64,000 nt of DNA. Origin: a virus. Taxonomy: Duplodnaviria > Caudoviricetes. The first letter of the stretch is position 1; each line of letters opens with the position of its first letter. This document shows positions 1 through 7,891 of the stretch, one piece after another. The DNA lies in the IMG/VR virus record IMGVR_UViG_3300032307_000764, positions 184,192 through 248,191 of that record. One strand, written 5' to 3'. A model generated the notes under the pieces. It was given only the letters and a program-made list of their open reading frames with translations. It was not told the origin of the DNA and searched no databases. Made by a program: the position numbers and the translations under genes.

Positions 1-288
1 TGTCCAGATTGCAGTGCAGCTCCAGGAGAATACCACATGGATGGATGTGACATCGAAAGATGTACTGATTGTGAGGGACAAAGATTATCTTGTAGCTGTC
101 CAGACCACGGAGATTATCAAAGAGAGAAATGGTCAGGAATAGCTTACGAGAAAGCTAGGTTAATAGCAGAAGAAAATAACCTATATGTTAAATGGAATAA
201 AGGCTGGGTTAAATGCTCCAAAGATGATGAAGGAGCATCACACGATCTTAATGAAGCTACATTTCTTTTAATGTCTGGCAAAGTTTAG
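1..288 (+). CDS. Cys-rich hypothetical protein, 5'-truncated by the window edge
   Basis: Frame is open from base 1 (CPDCSAAPGEYH-MDGCDIERCTDCEGQRLSCSC); followed by a terminator. Confidence 0.75.
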   Translation, partial: CPDCSAAPGEYHMDGCDIERCTDCEGQRLSCSCPDHGDYQREKWSGIAYEKARLIAEENNLYVKWNKGWVKCSKDDEGASHDLNEATFLLMSGKV

Positions 289-315
289 TTTTGTTTGTTT
301 AGTTTGTTTGGTTTA

Positions 316-347
316 GAGAGGGACACAATTGTCCCTCTCTTTTTTTG
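316..347 (+). terminator. Intrinsic terminator
   Basis: GAGAGGGACA-caat-TGTCCCTCTC hairpin plus T-tract. Confidence 0.8.
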
Positions 348-450
348 TGCATTCTTTTTCTGTGTAGCTATGCTGCATCATGAGGAGGTTCCCCACACCT
401 GGATACACCTGAAAACACCATAAACACCCCGGGGACACCCAGGAGGGGAC

Positions 451-474
451 TTGCGTATACGTGCGTACGTACGA
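451..474 (+). repeat. 24-nt exact direct repeat, copy 1 (TTGCGTATACGTGCGTACGTACGA)
   Basis: Identical copy at 3544-3567. Confidence 0.95.
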
Positions 475-488
475 GGGTTTTTATAGGT

Positions 489-525
489 AATCATTTTTTA
501 TAATGTAGAAAATTCCATATATTTG
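489..525 (+). promoter_or_regulatory. Bipartite early promoter AATCATTTTTT-N18-TATATTTG
   Basis: TAnnTTTG matches the Bacteroidetes sigma70 -7 element; constant 29-nt start-to-start spacing across many copies. Confidence 0.8.
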
Positions 526-550
526 TAATAACAATCTAAAACACAAACAA

Positions 551-832
551 ATGAGTGAAACAAAATCCCCTATTGGTTTAGTAGTTTATAAAGGAGACTG
601 GGAAGGAGCACAATGGACTATCACAGGAAATCCTAAGAAAGAACTAACTATTAAAGAGTTTGAATCTGCTTATGACTTCGAAGAGTTTATCCAGCAAAAG
701 GTTGACCATGTAGGAATTGAATTTGATTCAGAGTTTTGTCAGTTCTTTGCCTATGCTGAAACAGAAGGAAGAGCAATCAAGTTCCTAAGAGATATTGAAG
801 AATACTTTAAGAAAGTTCGAGATTTACTTTAG
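551..832 (+). CDS. Hypothetical early protein
   Basis: ORF downstream of promoter and A-rich leader. Confidence 0.8.
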   Translation: MSETKSPIGLVVYKGDWEGAQWTITGNPKKELTIKEFESAYDFEEFIQQKVDHVGIEFDSEFCQFFAYAETEGRAIKFLRDIEEYFKKVRDLL

Positions 833-851
833 TAAATCCATCAACATAAAA

Positions 852-876
852 AAAAGGGTCTTCGGACTCTTTTTTT
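852..876 (+). terminator. Intrinsic terminator (cUUCGg loop)
   Basis: AAAAGGGTC-TTCG-GACTCTTTT plus T-tract. Confidence 0.8.
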
Positions 877-925
877 GTGCGCTAAGGTTTTCCTGTAGCA
901 GCCACAAGAATTCGGGAGGAACCCC
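877..925 (+). repeat. About 49-nt extended junction repeat, copy 1
   Basis: GTG..CTAAGGTTTT...GTAGCAGCC.CA.GAATTC.GGAGGAACCCC; near-identical copies at 1561-1609 and 4021-4067. Confidence 0.9.
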
Positions 926-942
926 AGCGAACGAATCTTAGA

Positions 943-979
943 AATCATTTTTTATTTAGTAGAAAAATCTTTATATTTG
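943..979 (+). promoter_or_regulatory. Bipartite early promoter
   Basis: AATCATTTTTT at 943, TATATTTG at 972. Confidence 0.8.
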
Positions 980-1003
980 TATCAACCAATTAAAACAAAT
1001 ATT

Positions 1004-1195
1004 ATGTCATTAAGTCAAGAAGAAAAACAAGAGGTCCTAAAAGGAGTAGACCATGCAATTAACGCTACTGAACAAACAGTGTTGGCGTTGAAGGACACAT
1101 ACGAATTTGCTCATCTCAAAAGGATCTCAGACATCCTAGTTGCTCAAGAGCTTTCGTTGAAGGAATTAAAAGATTTACGAAACTCAATATCATAA
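1004..1195 (+). CDS. Hypothetical coiled-coil protein (start revised from 977 to ATG 1004)
   Basis: The TTG at 977 lies inside the promoter; A-rich leader precedes ATG 1004. Confidence 0.75.
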   Translation: MSLSQEEKQEVLKGVDHAINATEQTVLALKDTYEFAHLKRISDILVAQELSLKELKDLRNSIS

Positions 1196-1198
1196 GAT

Positions 1199-1420
1199 AT
1201 GAAAGCATTGTTAGGCTTAGTAGGATTGGCAATTGGAATTCTATTAATTGCTGCTTACTGTGAAAGCAAAAAGGATCCTTATGAAGAGGGTATGCACATG
1301 GACTATTCTATTGAATGTGAGAACGGTTTTGTTTACAAATCTCTAAATCATCGAAGGGGAACAATTCAAGTTCTAAACTCTGATGGAACACCTTTAAGAT
1401 GTGGAGAGAAAATACATTAA
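1199..1420 (+). CDS. Small membrane-anchored or secreted protein
   Basis: N-terminal hydrophobic segment. Confidence 0.75.
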   Translation: MKALLGLVGLAIGILLIAAYCESKKDPYEEGMHMDYSIECENGFVYKSLNHRRGTIQVLNSDGTPLRCGEKIH

Positions 1421-1530
1421 CTCATAAACGGCCAGGTTGGTAGACTGGGGGATATTCAGCGTACTATCCCAAGTCAAGGAATAATGTCTCGCCAGGCATG
1501 GAAGGCACCAAGATATAAACCGATGAGTTA
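1418..1530 (+). ncRNA. Candidate structured RNA (multi-branch) just before a terminator
   Basis: TAACTCAT/ATGAGTTA, CGG/CCG and TTGGT/ACCAA stems enclose a GACT..GGGATA/TATCCC.AGTC hairpin; GC-rich and non-coding. Confidence 0.4.
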
Positions 1531-1532
1531 TT

Positions 1533-1560
1533 AATCCCAAGAGCAATCTTGGGATTTTTT
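1533..1560 (+). terminator. Intrinsic terminator (GCAA loop); identical copy at 3991-4020
   Basis: AATCCCAAGA-GCAA-TCTTGGGATT plus T-tract. Confidence 0.85.
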
Positions 1561-1609
1561 GTGGACTAAGGTTTTCACGTAGCAGCCGCAGGAATTCTGG
1601 AGGAACCCC
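1561..1609 (+). repeat. Extended junction repeat, copy 2
   Basis: See 877-925. Confidence 0.9.
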
Positions 1610-1650
1610 CGGCGAGCTGATCAGACTAAACCTATAGGTTGATTTATAGG

Positions 1651-1687
1651 AATCATTTTTTTATTTGTAGAAAAATCTATATATTAG
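1651..1687 (+). promoter_or_regulatory. Bipartite early promoter
   Basis: AATCATTTTTT at 1651, TATATTAG at 1680. Confidence 0.75.
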
Positions 1688-1710
1688 CTTAGTAACTAAA
1701 AACAAGAACA

Positions 1711-2166
1711 ATGAATCACGATTTTATTAAAACAGTAAAAGTTATATCTGTTCAAGATTGGGACAGATTAGTTGAAAAAACCTATGGGAAAACTTATTCT
1801 TTTCAGCAACAAGATGATTGCAAAGATAGAGGTACAGAGTACATAACAGTTCCGTGTGAACCTGAAGATTATGAAAATGATACTATTCCTGAAATAATTA
1901 ATGGGGAGGAAATGGGTGTAAGTTTTAAAAGTTGGTTGGAAAGAGATCCAAAAGCTCTTTTAAACCCTTCCGCTAAAGAACTTGAGGGTTCTGATTATTA
2001 TTGGGGTAATACACCAGCTGATGAAAAAGAGTACAAAGAGAACCCAAGTAATATTAGCTTGTTCTGGGAAAGAAATTTTTATCCTCATGTAAGTATGATT
2101 GTTAATGATCTACATGCTAAAGGTATTCTTGAAGAAGGTGAGTATGGAATTGAAATTGATTGGTAA
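1711..2166 (+). CDS. Hypothetical acidic protein
   Basis: 151-aa ORF after promoter. Confidence 0.85.
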   Translation: MNHDFIKTVKVISVQDWDRLVEKTYGKTYSFQQQDDCKDRGTEYITVPCEPEDYENDTIPEIINGEEMGVSFKSWLERDPKALLNPSAKELEGSDYYWGNTPADEKEYKENPSNISLFWERNFYPHVSMIVNDLHAKGILEEGEYGIEIDW

Positions 2167-2182
2167 TTAAACAACAAGAAAG

Positions 2183-2428
2183 ATGAAAACACCAACAGCA
2201 GAAGAGTACATCAAAACAAATCTAACTGATTTTTGGGAAGGGGGTAAAGCACAGTATACAGGAGAAGATGTTGCAAAAGCAATGATTGAGTTCGCCAAGC
2301 TCCATGTAGAAGCTGCAATAAAAGCTTGTATAGAAGATGCACCTTCAGGGTCATCTACTGATACTGTAAGCCAAGAAGATGTTGTAGAAGCATTGAAAGA
2401 CAGTTATCCATTAGAAAACATTAAGTAG
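2183..2428 (+). CDS. Hypothetical protein
   Basis: ORF in operon with the previous gene. Confidence 0.8.
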   Translation: MKTPTAEEYIKTNLTDFWEGGKAQYTGEDVAKAMIEFAKLHVEAAIKACIEDAPSGSSTDTVSQEDVVEALKDSYPLENIK

Positions 2429-2443
2429 CATGGAAATTCCAAG

Positions 2444-2480
2444 AATCATTTTTTTCTTTAAGTAGAATTTTCTATATTTG
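2444..2480 (+). promoter_or_regulatory. Bipartite early promoter
   Basis: AATC at 2444, TATATTTG at 2473. Confidence 0.8.
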
Positions 2481-2507
2481 TAATGTTAATCAATTAAACA
2501 AAAACAA

Positions 2508-2645
2508 ATGGCAGAAAAAATCGTTTTAAGAGCATTTCAAGTTTGGTCAGCAACTTTAGGTTTGACAGTAGTATTTGGGATTGGTTTTGCAATCTATAGT
2601 TTAATCGTTGGTAACTATACCAGCACCGCAAGTTTTGAGTTTTAG
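2508..2645 (+). CDS. 45-aa single-TM membrane peptide (not in ORF track)
   Basis: MAEKIVLRAFQVWSATLGLTVVFGIGFAIYSLIVGNYTSTASFEF*; sits between promoter and terminator. Confidence 0.7.
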   Translation: MAEKIVLRAFQVWSATLGLTVVFGIGFAIYSLIVGNYTSTASFEF

Positions 2646-2667
2646 TTTTGTTTGTTTTGTTTTGGTT

Positions 2668-2696
2668 AAAGAGGAACTTCGGTTCCTCTTTTTTTG
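2668..2696 (+). terminator. Intrinsic terminator (UUCG loop)
   Basis: AAAGAGGAAC-TTCG-GTTCCTCTTT plus T-tract. Confidence 0.85.
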
Positions 2697-2809
2697 TGGG
2701 CTAACTTTTTCCTCCCTGCAGGGTAGGAATCTGGAGGAACCCCCGAACCCCGATTCTAGAATCATTTTTTTCTCCAGATTATAATGATTACATTGTAAGA
2801 AAAATAATA

Positions 2810-3094
2810 ATGGCCGATTGCTATAACTGTAAGTACAGAGGAGAAATTCCGGGGAGTGCACACTCATGCTGTGAAATCACAAAACATGTTCCTGCATTAA
2901 GTAAGGTTAAATCAGAATTTCTAGATATAGCTCTTATGATAGGGAAAGCTAAAATAAAAGGTAGCGATGGTACCAATGCAGTTAAACTAAATCCTGAAGG
3001 TGTTAAAAACGGATGGGCTAGTTGGCCTCTAGACTTTGACCCAGTCTGGATAACATCCTGTGAATTATTCAAAGCCAAACCCAAACGTAAATAG
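2810..3094 (+). CDS. Cys-rich hypothetical protein
   Basis: CxxC...CC...C pattern. Confidence 0.8.
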   Translation: MADCYNCKYRGEIPGSAHSCCEITKHVPALSKVKSEFLDIALMIGKAKIKGSDGTNAVKLNPEGVKNGWASWPLDFDPVWITSCELFKAKPKRK

Positions 3095-3095
3095 G

Positions 3096-3132
3096 AATCA
3101 TTTTTTTCTTTGTAGAAAATTCTATATATTTG
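3096..3132 (+). promoter_or_regulatory. Bipartite early promoter
   Basis: AATC at 3096, TATATTTG at 3125. Confidence 0.8.
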
Positions 3133-3156
3133 GTATAACCAATTAAACAAAAGGAC

Positions 3157-3387
3157 ATGCCAACTACAGACACTTTTTATGTTTCCTCTAAGGACAACAA
3201 AGTAAGAAGAACCACAGAGCCCGGAAGAGAGTACTTCATCAAAGGAGGAAAGAAAGAAGGACAAGCTAAATACTTAATCGAAGTATTTGGATACGGCCAC
3301 GAAGAAGTAGCTAAAGAAGTTAGGGACATGGTTGATAAAGGAGGAATGGACCAAAAATTATTTAGGATCAGAGTAGAGACCAGATAA
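3157..3387 (+). CDS. Hypothetical basic protein
   Basis: ORF after promoter. Confidence 0.75.
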   Translation: MPTTDTFYVSSKDNKVRRTTEPGREYFIKGGKKEGQAKYLIEVFGYGHEEVAKEVRDMVDKGGMDQKLFRIRVETR

Positions 3388-3543
3388 AGATATACAAGAA
3401 TGGAGAAAGCCTAGAGATAGGTACTTGCTAAAGTGATTAAACCTCGCTTGTATGAAATCCCAAGTTAACTCTTGGGATTTTTTGTGTGCTAAGGTTTTGT
3501 GTTAGCACATGCTATAAGCACCCGGGGTTCCCCAGGGGAGGGG

Positions 3544-3567
3544 TTGCGTATACGTGCGTACGTACGA
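3544..3567 (+). repeat. 24-nt exact direct repeat, copy 2
   Basis: Identical to 451-474. Confidence 0.95.
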
Positions 3568-3642
3568 AGGGATTTTCTTGGAATCATTTTTTTCTTTGAA
3601 GTAGGATACTTATATTTAAGATAACCAATTAAAACAAATAAC

Positions 3643-3798
3643 ATGTACTCTTTAAAATGTGATTACTACACAAAACAATTCTCAACTCTTAATCAACTCC
3701 TAGGTGACATTGCACTCTCAGGAATGGACCCAAATTATGAGATTACCTTCAATGGTAAAGGAACCGGTGAACTAGCTATTGATCTTATTCAATTTTAA
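3643..3798 (+). CDS. 51-aa hypothetical protein (not in ORF track)
   Basis: MYSLKCDYYTKQF...LIQF*; follows a promoter motif. Confidence 0.7.
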   Translation: MYSLKCDYYTKQFSTLNQLLGDIALSGMDPNYEITFNGKGTGELAIDLIQF

Positions 3799-3801
3799 AC
3801 C

Positions 3802-3954
3802 ATGTTCATAATACTCTTTATCATCTTATCATTCTTTACCTTGATATCAATAGGAGCAGCTTATGCAATTAAAGAAAGAAAAATGACTATTACAGCAATC
3901 ATTATATCCTCAGTCTGGATCCTTTCTTTATATTTAATCTTATATTTGAGGTAA
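3802..3954 (+). CDS. 50-aa two-TM membrane peptide (not in ORF track)
   Basis: MFIILFIILSFFTLISIGAAYAIKERKMTITAIIISSVWILSLYLILYLR*. Confidence 0.65.
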   Translation: MFIILFIILSFFTLISIGAAYAIKERKMTITAIIISSVWILSLYLILYLR

Positions 3955-4020
3955 GCTTTAGTTCATAGAAGCAGTAATAAATTATCACTAAATCCCAAGA
4001 GCAATCTTGGGATTTTTTTT

Positions 4021-4067
4021 GTGCTGAAGTTTTCTGGTAGCAGCCACAGGAATTCTGGAGGAACCCC
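4021..4067 (+). repeat. Extended junction repeat, copy 3
   Basis: See 877-925. Confidence 0.9.
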
Positions 4068-4216
4068 CGCTGGAAAACCCCTAAAACCCCTAAAGTCCCT
4101 CTCGGAAAAAAGTTTGAATTATTTCCAAGAAATTCCAAGAATCATTTTTTATATCGAGTAGAAGTTTCTATATTAGCTATGTTAATCAATTAAACAAAAC
4201 CAAAAAACAAAACATT

Positions 4217-4531
4217 ATGAAAACTTTAACAGCAGAACAAAAAGCAAAAAAGGCAGCTTATGACAAAGCTTACAGAGCAAAGAAAAAAGCTCAAACTCAA
4301 ATGGAAGCTTTCAAAATCCCAAGCGAAGACAAATTCGAAAAAAGCTTTGACTATCCGGTTCGACTTTACAAAAACTTGAAAATGGAGAAAACAAATTCTT
4401 ACTGTGCAGCAGCAGGAGCACTCTTAAGCTTTGTTAAAATCAAAAACGAAAACAACCAAATCGTTTTCAGAGTTAAAAGAACTGGTCGCAGAACTTTCTA
4501 TACAACTTCAAATGAACTTATCCAAAAATAA
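4217..4531 (+). CDS. Hypothetical basic protein (K/A-rich N-terminus, possibly nucleic-acid binding)
   Basis: KAKKAAYDKAYRAKKKA; ORF after promoter. Confidence 0.8.
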   Translation: MKTLTAEQKAKKAAYDKAYRAKKKAQTQMEAFKIPSEDKFEKSFDYPVRLYKNLKMEKTNSYCAAAGALLSFVKIKNENNQIVFRVKRTGRRTFYTTSNELIQK

Positions 4532-4550
4532 GAGCATCCAAAAAACAAAT

Positions 4551-4574
4551 GAGGAGACTTCGGTCTCCTTTTTT
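4551..4574 (+). terminator. Intrinsic terminator (UUCG loop)
   Basis: GGAGAC-TTCG-GTCTCC plus T-tract. Confidence 0.85.
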
Positions 4575-4686
4575 GTGACCTAAGGTTTTGCAAAAGACGT
4601 ATGCATGTAAGACGAGGGAACCTCCGAGACTTTAAGCAGCTCTAGCAAAAACTGATACATCTATCAAAAACTGATAATACATAGCT

Positions 4687-4711
4687 TTACCATAAGCTCC
4701 TGAGGAACCCC
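4687..4711 (+). repeat. 25-nt repeat TTACCATAAGCTCCTGAGGAACCCC (second junction subfamily)
   Basis: Identical copy at 7363-7387; partial copy at 7004-7026. Confidence 0.9.
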
Positions 4712-4747
4712 AGCCATTTTACTGGAGATCTTACCAGGAGTTTTTGA

Positions 4748-4815
4748 TCCTTTTCTATCCTACTTCTACCTCTTTTCTACTCTTCTTCTACAACTCCTCT
4801 ACTCTTCTTCTAATC
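4748..4815 (+). repeat. Pyrimidine-rich low-complexity tract (TTCTAC-like units)
   Basis: No G on the + strand over about 65 nt. Confidence 0.7.
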
Positions 4816-4909
4816 ACCTGAGGAACCCCAGGAACCCTAGCATTTTCTATTTGGGAATCATTTTTTTATTTGTGGAAAATTCTATACATTTATAACAAAT
4901 AAAACAAAG

Positions 4910-5101
4910 ATGAATAACTACGCTAAACTAGTTTCACCAGACGGAGAAATCGTAGGAGTACTTGAACTTGAGGCAGGAACTTTAAACGAGACCCTCGTTG
5001 TTGAAGCAGCTCTTGAATTGGGTATTAAATTAGAAGCATGCACTGAGGAAGAGTACAACAATTTTGATGGTGATGAAATCAAACCAAGTTGGATGGAATA
5101 A
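4910..5101 (+). CDS. Hypothetical acidic protein
   Basis: ORF after promoter. Confidence 0.75.
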   Translation: MNNYAKLVSPDGEIVGVLELEAGTLNETLVVEAALELGIKLEACTEEEYNNFDGDEIKPSWME

Positions 5102-5172
5102 TTTCAAAAATCATTTTTTATCTTCAGTAGATTTTTCTATATTAGCTAGGTTAATCAATATAACCACTCAAC

Positions 5173-5349
5173 ATGAAACAGGTACTTAAAGTCTTAGCAT
5201 TTCCATTCATCTTGTTATGGAGCTTATGTCAATCATTGCTAGAAATCCTTGAAGCATTATTCGCAAAGCCATTTGTGTTTCGCATGGGAAAGAACAGCAT
5301 AGAAATCGGGATCGTGCCCCTGGTACTAATCATCTGGTTAATCTGCTAG
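5173..5349 (+). CDS. 58-aa membrane peptide (not in ORF track)
   Basis: MKQVLKVLAFPFILLWSLC...IVPLVLIIWLIC*. Confidence 0.65.
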   Translation: MKQVLKVLAFPFILLWSLCQSLLEILEALFAKPFVFRMGKNSIEIGIVPLVLIIWLIC

Positions 5350-5426
5350 AAAATTTACTAAAATCATTTTTTATCTTCAGTAGATTTTTCTATATTAGCT
5401 AAGTAATCAATTAAACACAAATACAT

Positions 5427-5816
5427 ATGCGAATCTTAATTTTATCAGTGTTACTAATGGTAATTACCAGCTTCACCACAGTAACACTAGCTGCTATCCC
5501 TAGCAGCCAAGGCCTGGTTACCGATACAGTGTTAAAGAAGTATTCATACTTAGACACTTCAAAGGTAATCAACACTGAACAGCTCAAGATTGACCCAAGG
5601 TGGGTTCAAGGGCTATCTAATATTTCAAATTACAAACCCATCCTACATATTGACCCTGGCAGCCAGGACACGGTTTCTAATTATACTTTAGCTCGAATCA
5701 CAGAACCAATATTACACATCGACCCTGGCAATCAGGAATTTGGTTCTCTATACAACTATAATTCATTAGCTATTTTTAAGGAACCTGTACTACACATTGA
5801 CCCCGGTCGTGATTAA
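5427..5816 (+). CDS. Secreted protein with three P(I/V)LHIDPG repeats
   Basis: Signal-peptide-like N-terminus; three repeats, the last at the C-terminus. Confidence 0.8.
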   Translation: MRILILSVLLMVITSFTTVTLAAIPSSQGLVTDTVLKKYSYLDTSKVINTEQLKIDPRWVQGLSNISNYKPILHIDPGSQDTVSNYTLARITEPILHIDPGNQEFGSLYNYNSLAIFKEPVLHIDPGRD

Positions 5817-5831
5817 GAAATAAAAAAAAAG

Positions 5832-5856
5832 AAAAGACTCTTCGGAGTCTTTTTTT
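5832..5856 (+). terminator. Intrinsic terminator (UUCG loop)
   Basis: AAAAGACTC-TTCG-GAGTCTTTT. Confidence 0.85.
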
Positions 5857-6011
5857 GTGGCCCAAGGGTTTAAGGCAAATAAGGCAAACAAGGAAGTGCT
5901 CCTGAGGAACCCCCGTACATCTTCCATCAATCATTTTTTTATTTAGAGAAAAATCCATACATTTATACTAGCCAATTAAAAATATTATTACCTTTACCTA
6001 AACAAAAAGAC

Positions 6012-6188
6012 ATGAAAGTAAAAATAGGAGAAAAGATTTACGATTCAGAAAAAGAACCTATTATGGTGATATTATCAGATGCAGACAAAAAAAATATTCA
6101 CAATATGTTACCAACAGCAACAAAATATTGTAGTTTTCCTGATGAAATCCCAACAGAAGATATAAAAGAATTTATGAAGACCACATAA
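6012..6188 (+). CDS. 58-aa hypothetical protein (not in ORF track)
   Basis: MKVKIGEKIYDSEKEPIMVILS...FMKTT*. Confidence 0.7.
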   Translation: MKVKIGEKIYDSEKEPIMVILSDADKKNIHNMLPTATKYCSFPDEIPTEDIKEFMKTT

Positions 6189-6197
6189 TCATAATAC

Positions 6198-6297
6198 AGT
6201 CAGGTGGTGTAATTGGTAACACGGGGTTCGAGTCCCCAATCTTCTCGAAGGGAAGATAAAGGCTGGCAAGATACAGGTTCGAGCCCTGTCCTGACTA
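6198..6297 (+). tRNA. Atypical tRNA-like RNA (possible CGA anticodon, very long extra arm)
   Basis: Acceptor AGTCAGG/CCTGACT, D-arm GTGT/ACAC with GG loop, T-arm ACAGG-TTCGAGC-CCTGT; 100 nt; 4-bp GGGG/CCCC arm. Confidence 0.55.
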
Positions 6298-6362
6298 CAA
6301 AATCATTTTTTTAATTGGAAGTAATTCCTTACATTTATACTAACCAATTAAAACAAAACAAA

Positions 6363-6518
6363 ATGAAAACACACAAATTAGTTTACCCACTAGCTTACAC
6401 TTCACTCTTCACATTAGTAATAGGAGCAATCCTAATGGTAGGAGGAAATCACATAGGAGATTATATGGTTGCAGGAGGTGCAATCGTAGCAACATTACTC
6501 ATGCACAAATTAGATTGA
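6363..6518 (+). CDS. Two-TM membrane peptide (start revised from 6315)
   Basis: The track start overlaps the promoter; A-rich leader before ATG 6363. Confidence 0.7.
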   Translation: MKTHKLVYPLAYTSLFTLVIGAILMVGGNHIGDYMVAGGAIVATLLMHKLD

Positions 6519-6662
6519 GTTTGATTGGTTAACACATACAACTCAAATCAGAAAGACCAGCTTCCTCCAGCTGGTCTTTTTTTGTGGACCTTTGACAAAT
6601 CTTTAAGAAGACAACTGGAACTTAGCAGGAACCCCCGATATATAAGAGATAACAACAACATT

Positions 6663-6878
6663 ATGAAAGAGTATCTTTTATCAATCAAGAATGGTGAAAC
6701 CATCAACACAATCAAAGCACATACACTAGAAGAAGCAATTCTCTACTTTGCAAAGGTTAAAAACCTATCACAAGATTCATTATTAGACATCTATAGTGTT
6801 AATCCTAGACCATTCACAATAAACCTTGCTGATTATTGTGAAGCTCATAAAATAGATCCTTACATGCAAACTAAGTGA
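6663..6878 (+). CDS. Hypothetical protein (start revised from 6525)
   Basis: Upstream extension crosses a terminator and junction motif; GATATATAA at 6637. Confidence 0.7.
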   Translation: MKEYLLSIKNGETINTIKAHTLEEAILYFAKVKNLSQDSLLDIYSVNPRPFTINLADYCEAHKIDPYMQTK

Positions 6879-7075
6879 TAGTAAGTATTCCTTATTCCTA
6901 AGGTTTACATCCCTATTTTCCAGATAATAGTATACTAGCATAAGTCTGAGGAGGTACCCCATTCTATTTTACCATAGCTTAACATAAGGTTTACCATAGC
7001 CTAGCATAAGCTCCTGAGGAACCTCCCTAAGGATACTAAAAACAAGTAACAGGATATATACAATAAAACACAACC

Positions 7076-7303
7076 ATGGAATTACTAAGATTTGAAGATT
7101 ACATCAACGAAAATAACAACATATCTGAACAAGAAGATATGATGATTAAAAATTTTAAAACTGATGTTCAAAGAGTACTTATGCAAGACACAGTAGCTAG
7201 ACCTAACTTTGCGGAAGGAACCTTCGGGAGTAGACCAGCATCTTTACCAGAAATGATCTCTTCTCTAGAATCTATTATTGCTGATTATAAATCTAAGATG
7301 TAA
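7076..7303 (+). CDS. Hypothetical protein with MELLRFEDYINE N-terminus
   Basis: GATATATAC at 7053; N-terminus resembles the MK..F..F.NE family. Confidence 0.75.
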   Translation: MELLRFEDYINENNNISEQEDMMIKNFKTDVQRVLMQDTVARPNFAEGTFGSRPASLPEMISSLESIIADYKSKM

Positions 7304-7514
7304 AGTTAACCACATACCTACAAAAAGAGATCTTAGGATCTCTTTTTTTGTGACCATAAGACTTACCATAAGCTCCTGAGGAACCCCAGAAAAGATCAGC
7401 ATAGCTCCAGCATTATATCTTACATTAGCTGCATGGGATACTGGATCTGGGCTGATTAGAATCATTTTTTATATTGTGGAATTTTCCATACATTAGCTAA
7501 ACAAACAATTAGCT

Positions 7515-7718
7515 ATGAGTGAAAGTAACTTTGAAAAGAATCTCAAAAAGAAGAACCCTGATATTGACATTAATAGGATGCTGAATATCTTTGATGCGAA
7601 GATAGAAGAGGTACAGGCATCACAGGGACTTGAAGAGATTAGATTACCCTTAGGATGTGATCTCAATAAAGCAATCTTTGCTTCTGTGCTTTCAGAATAC
7701 TTAAACACAAAAATATAA
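7515..7718 (+). CDS. Hypothetical protein
   Basis: ORF after promoter. Confidence 0.7.
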   Translation: MSESNFEKNLKKKNPDIDINRMLNIFDAKIEEVQASQGLEEIRLPLGCDLNKAIFASVLSEYLNTKI

Positions 7719-7723
7719 CATCA

Positions 7724-7891
7724 ATGTGGGTTTTTAATATAACATCAATTGGAGTTTTTTTCATTCTATTTTTAATTCTTTGCCTAATGGCAGGTCTTGC
7801 AATTGGCTTGATCATTGGAGATAGTAGAAACAATCTACCGGGTCATAGAAACCCACCACCTCCTCCAACAAAAAAAAAGGATGAAGTTTAA
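7724..7891 (+). CDS. 55-aa membrane peptide with poly-Pro tail (not in ORF track)
   Basis: MWVFNITSIGVFFILFLILCLMAGLAIGLIIGDSRNNLPGHRNPPPPPTKKKDEV*. Confidence 0.6.
   Translation: MWVFNITSIGVFFILFLILCLMAGLAIGLIIGDSRNNLPGHRNPPPPPTKKKDEV

Noticed and set aside
1518-1560. Hammerhead ribozyme (CCGATGAG)
   Set aside because: U4 is replaced and there is no GAAA after the following stem.
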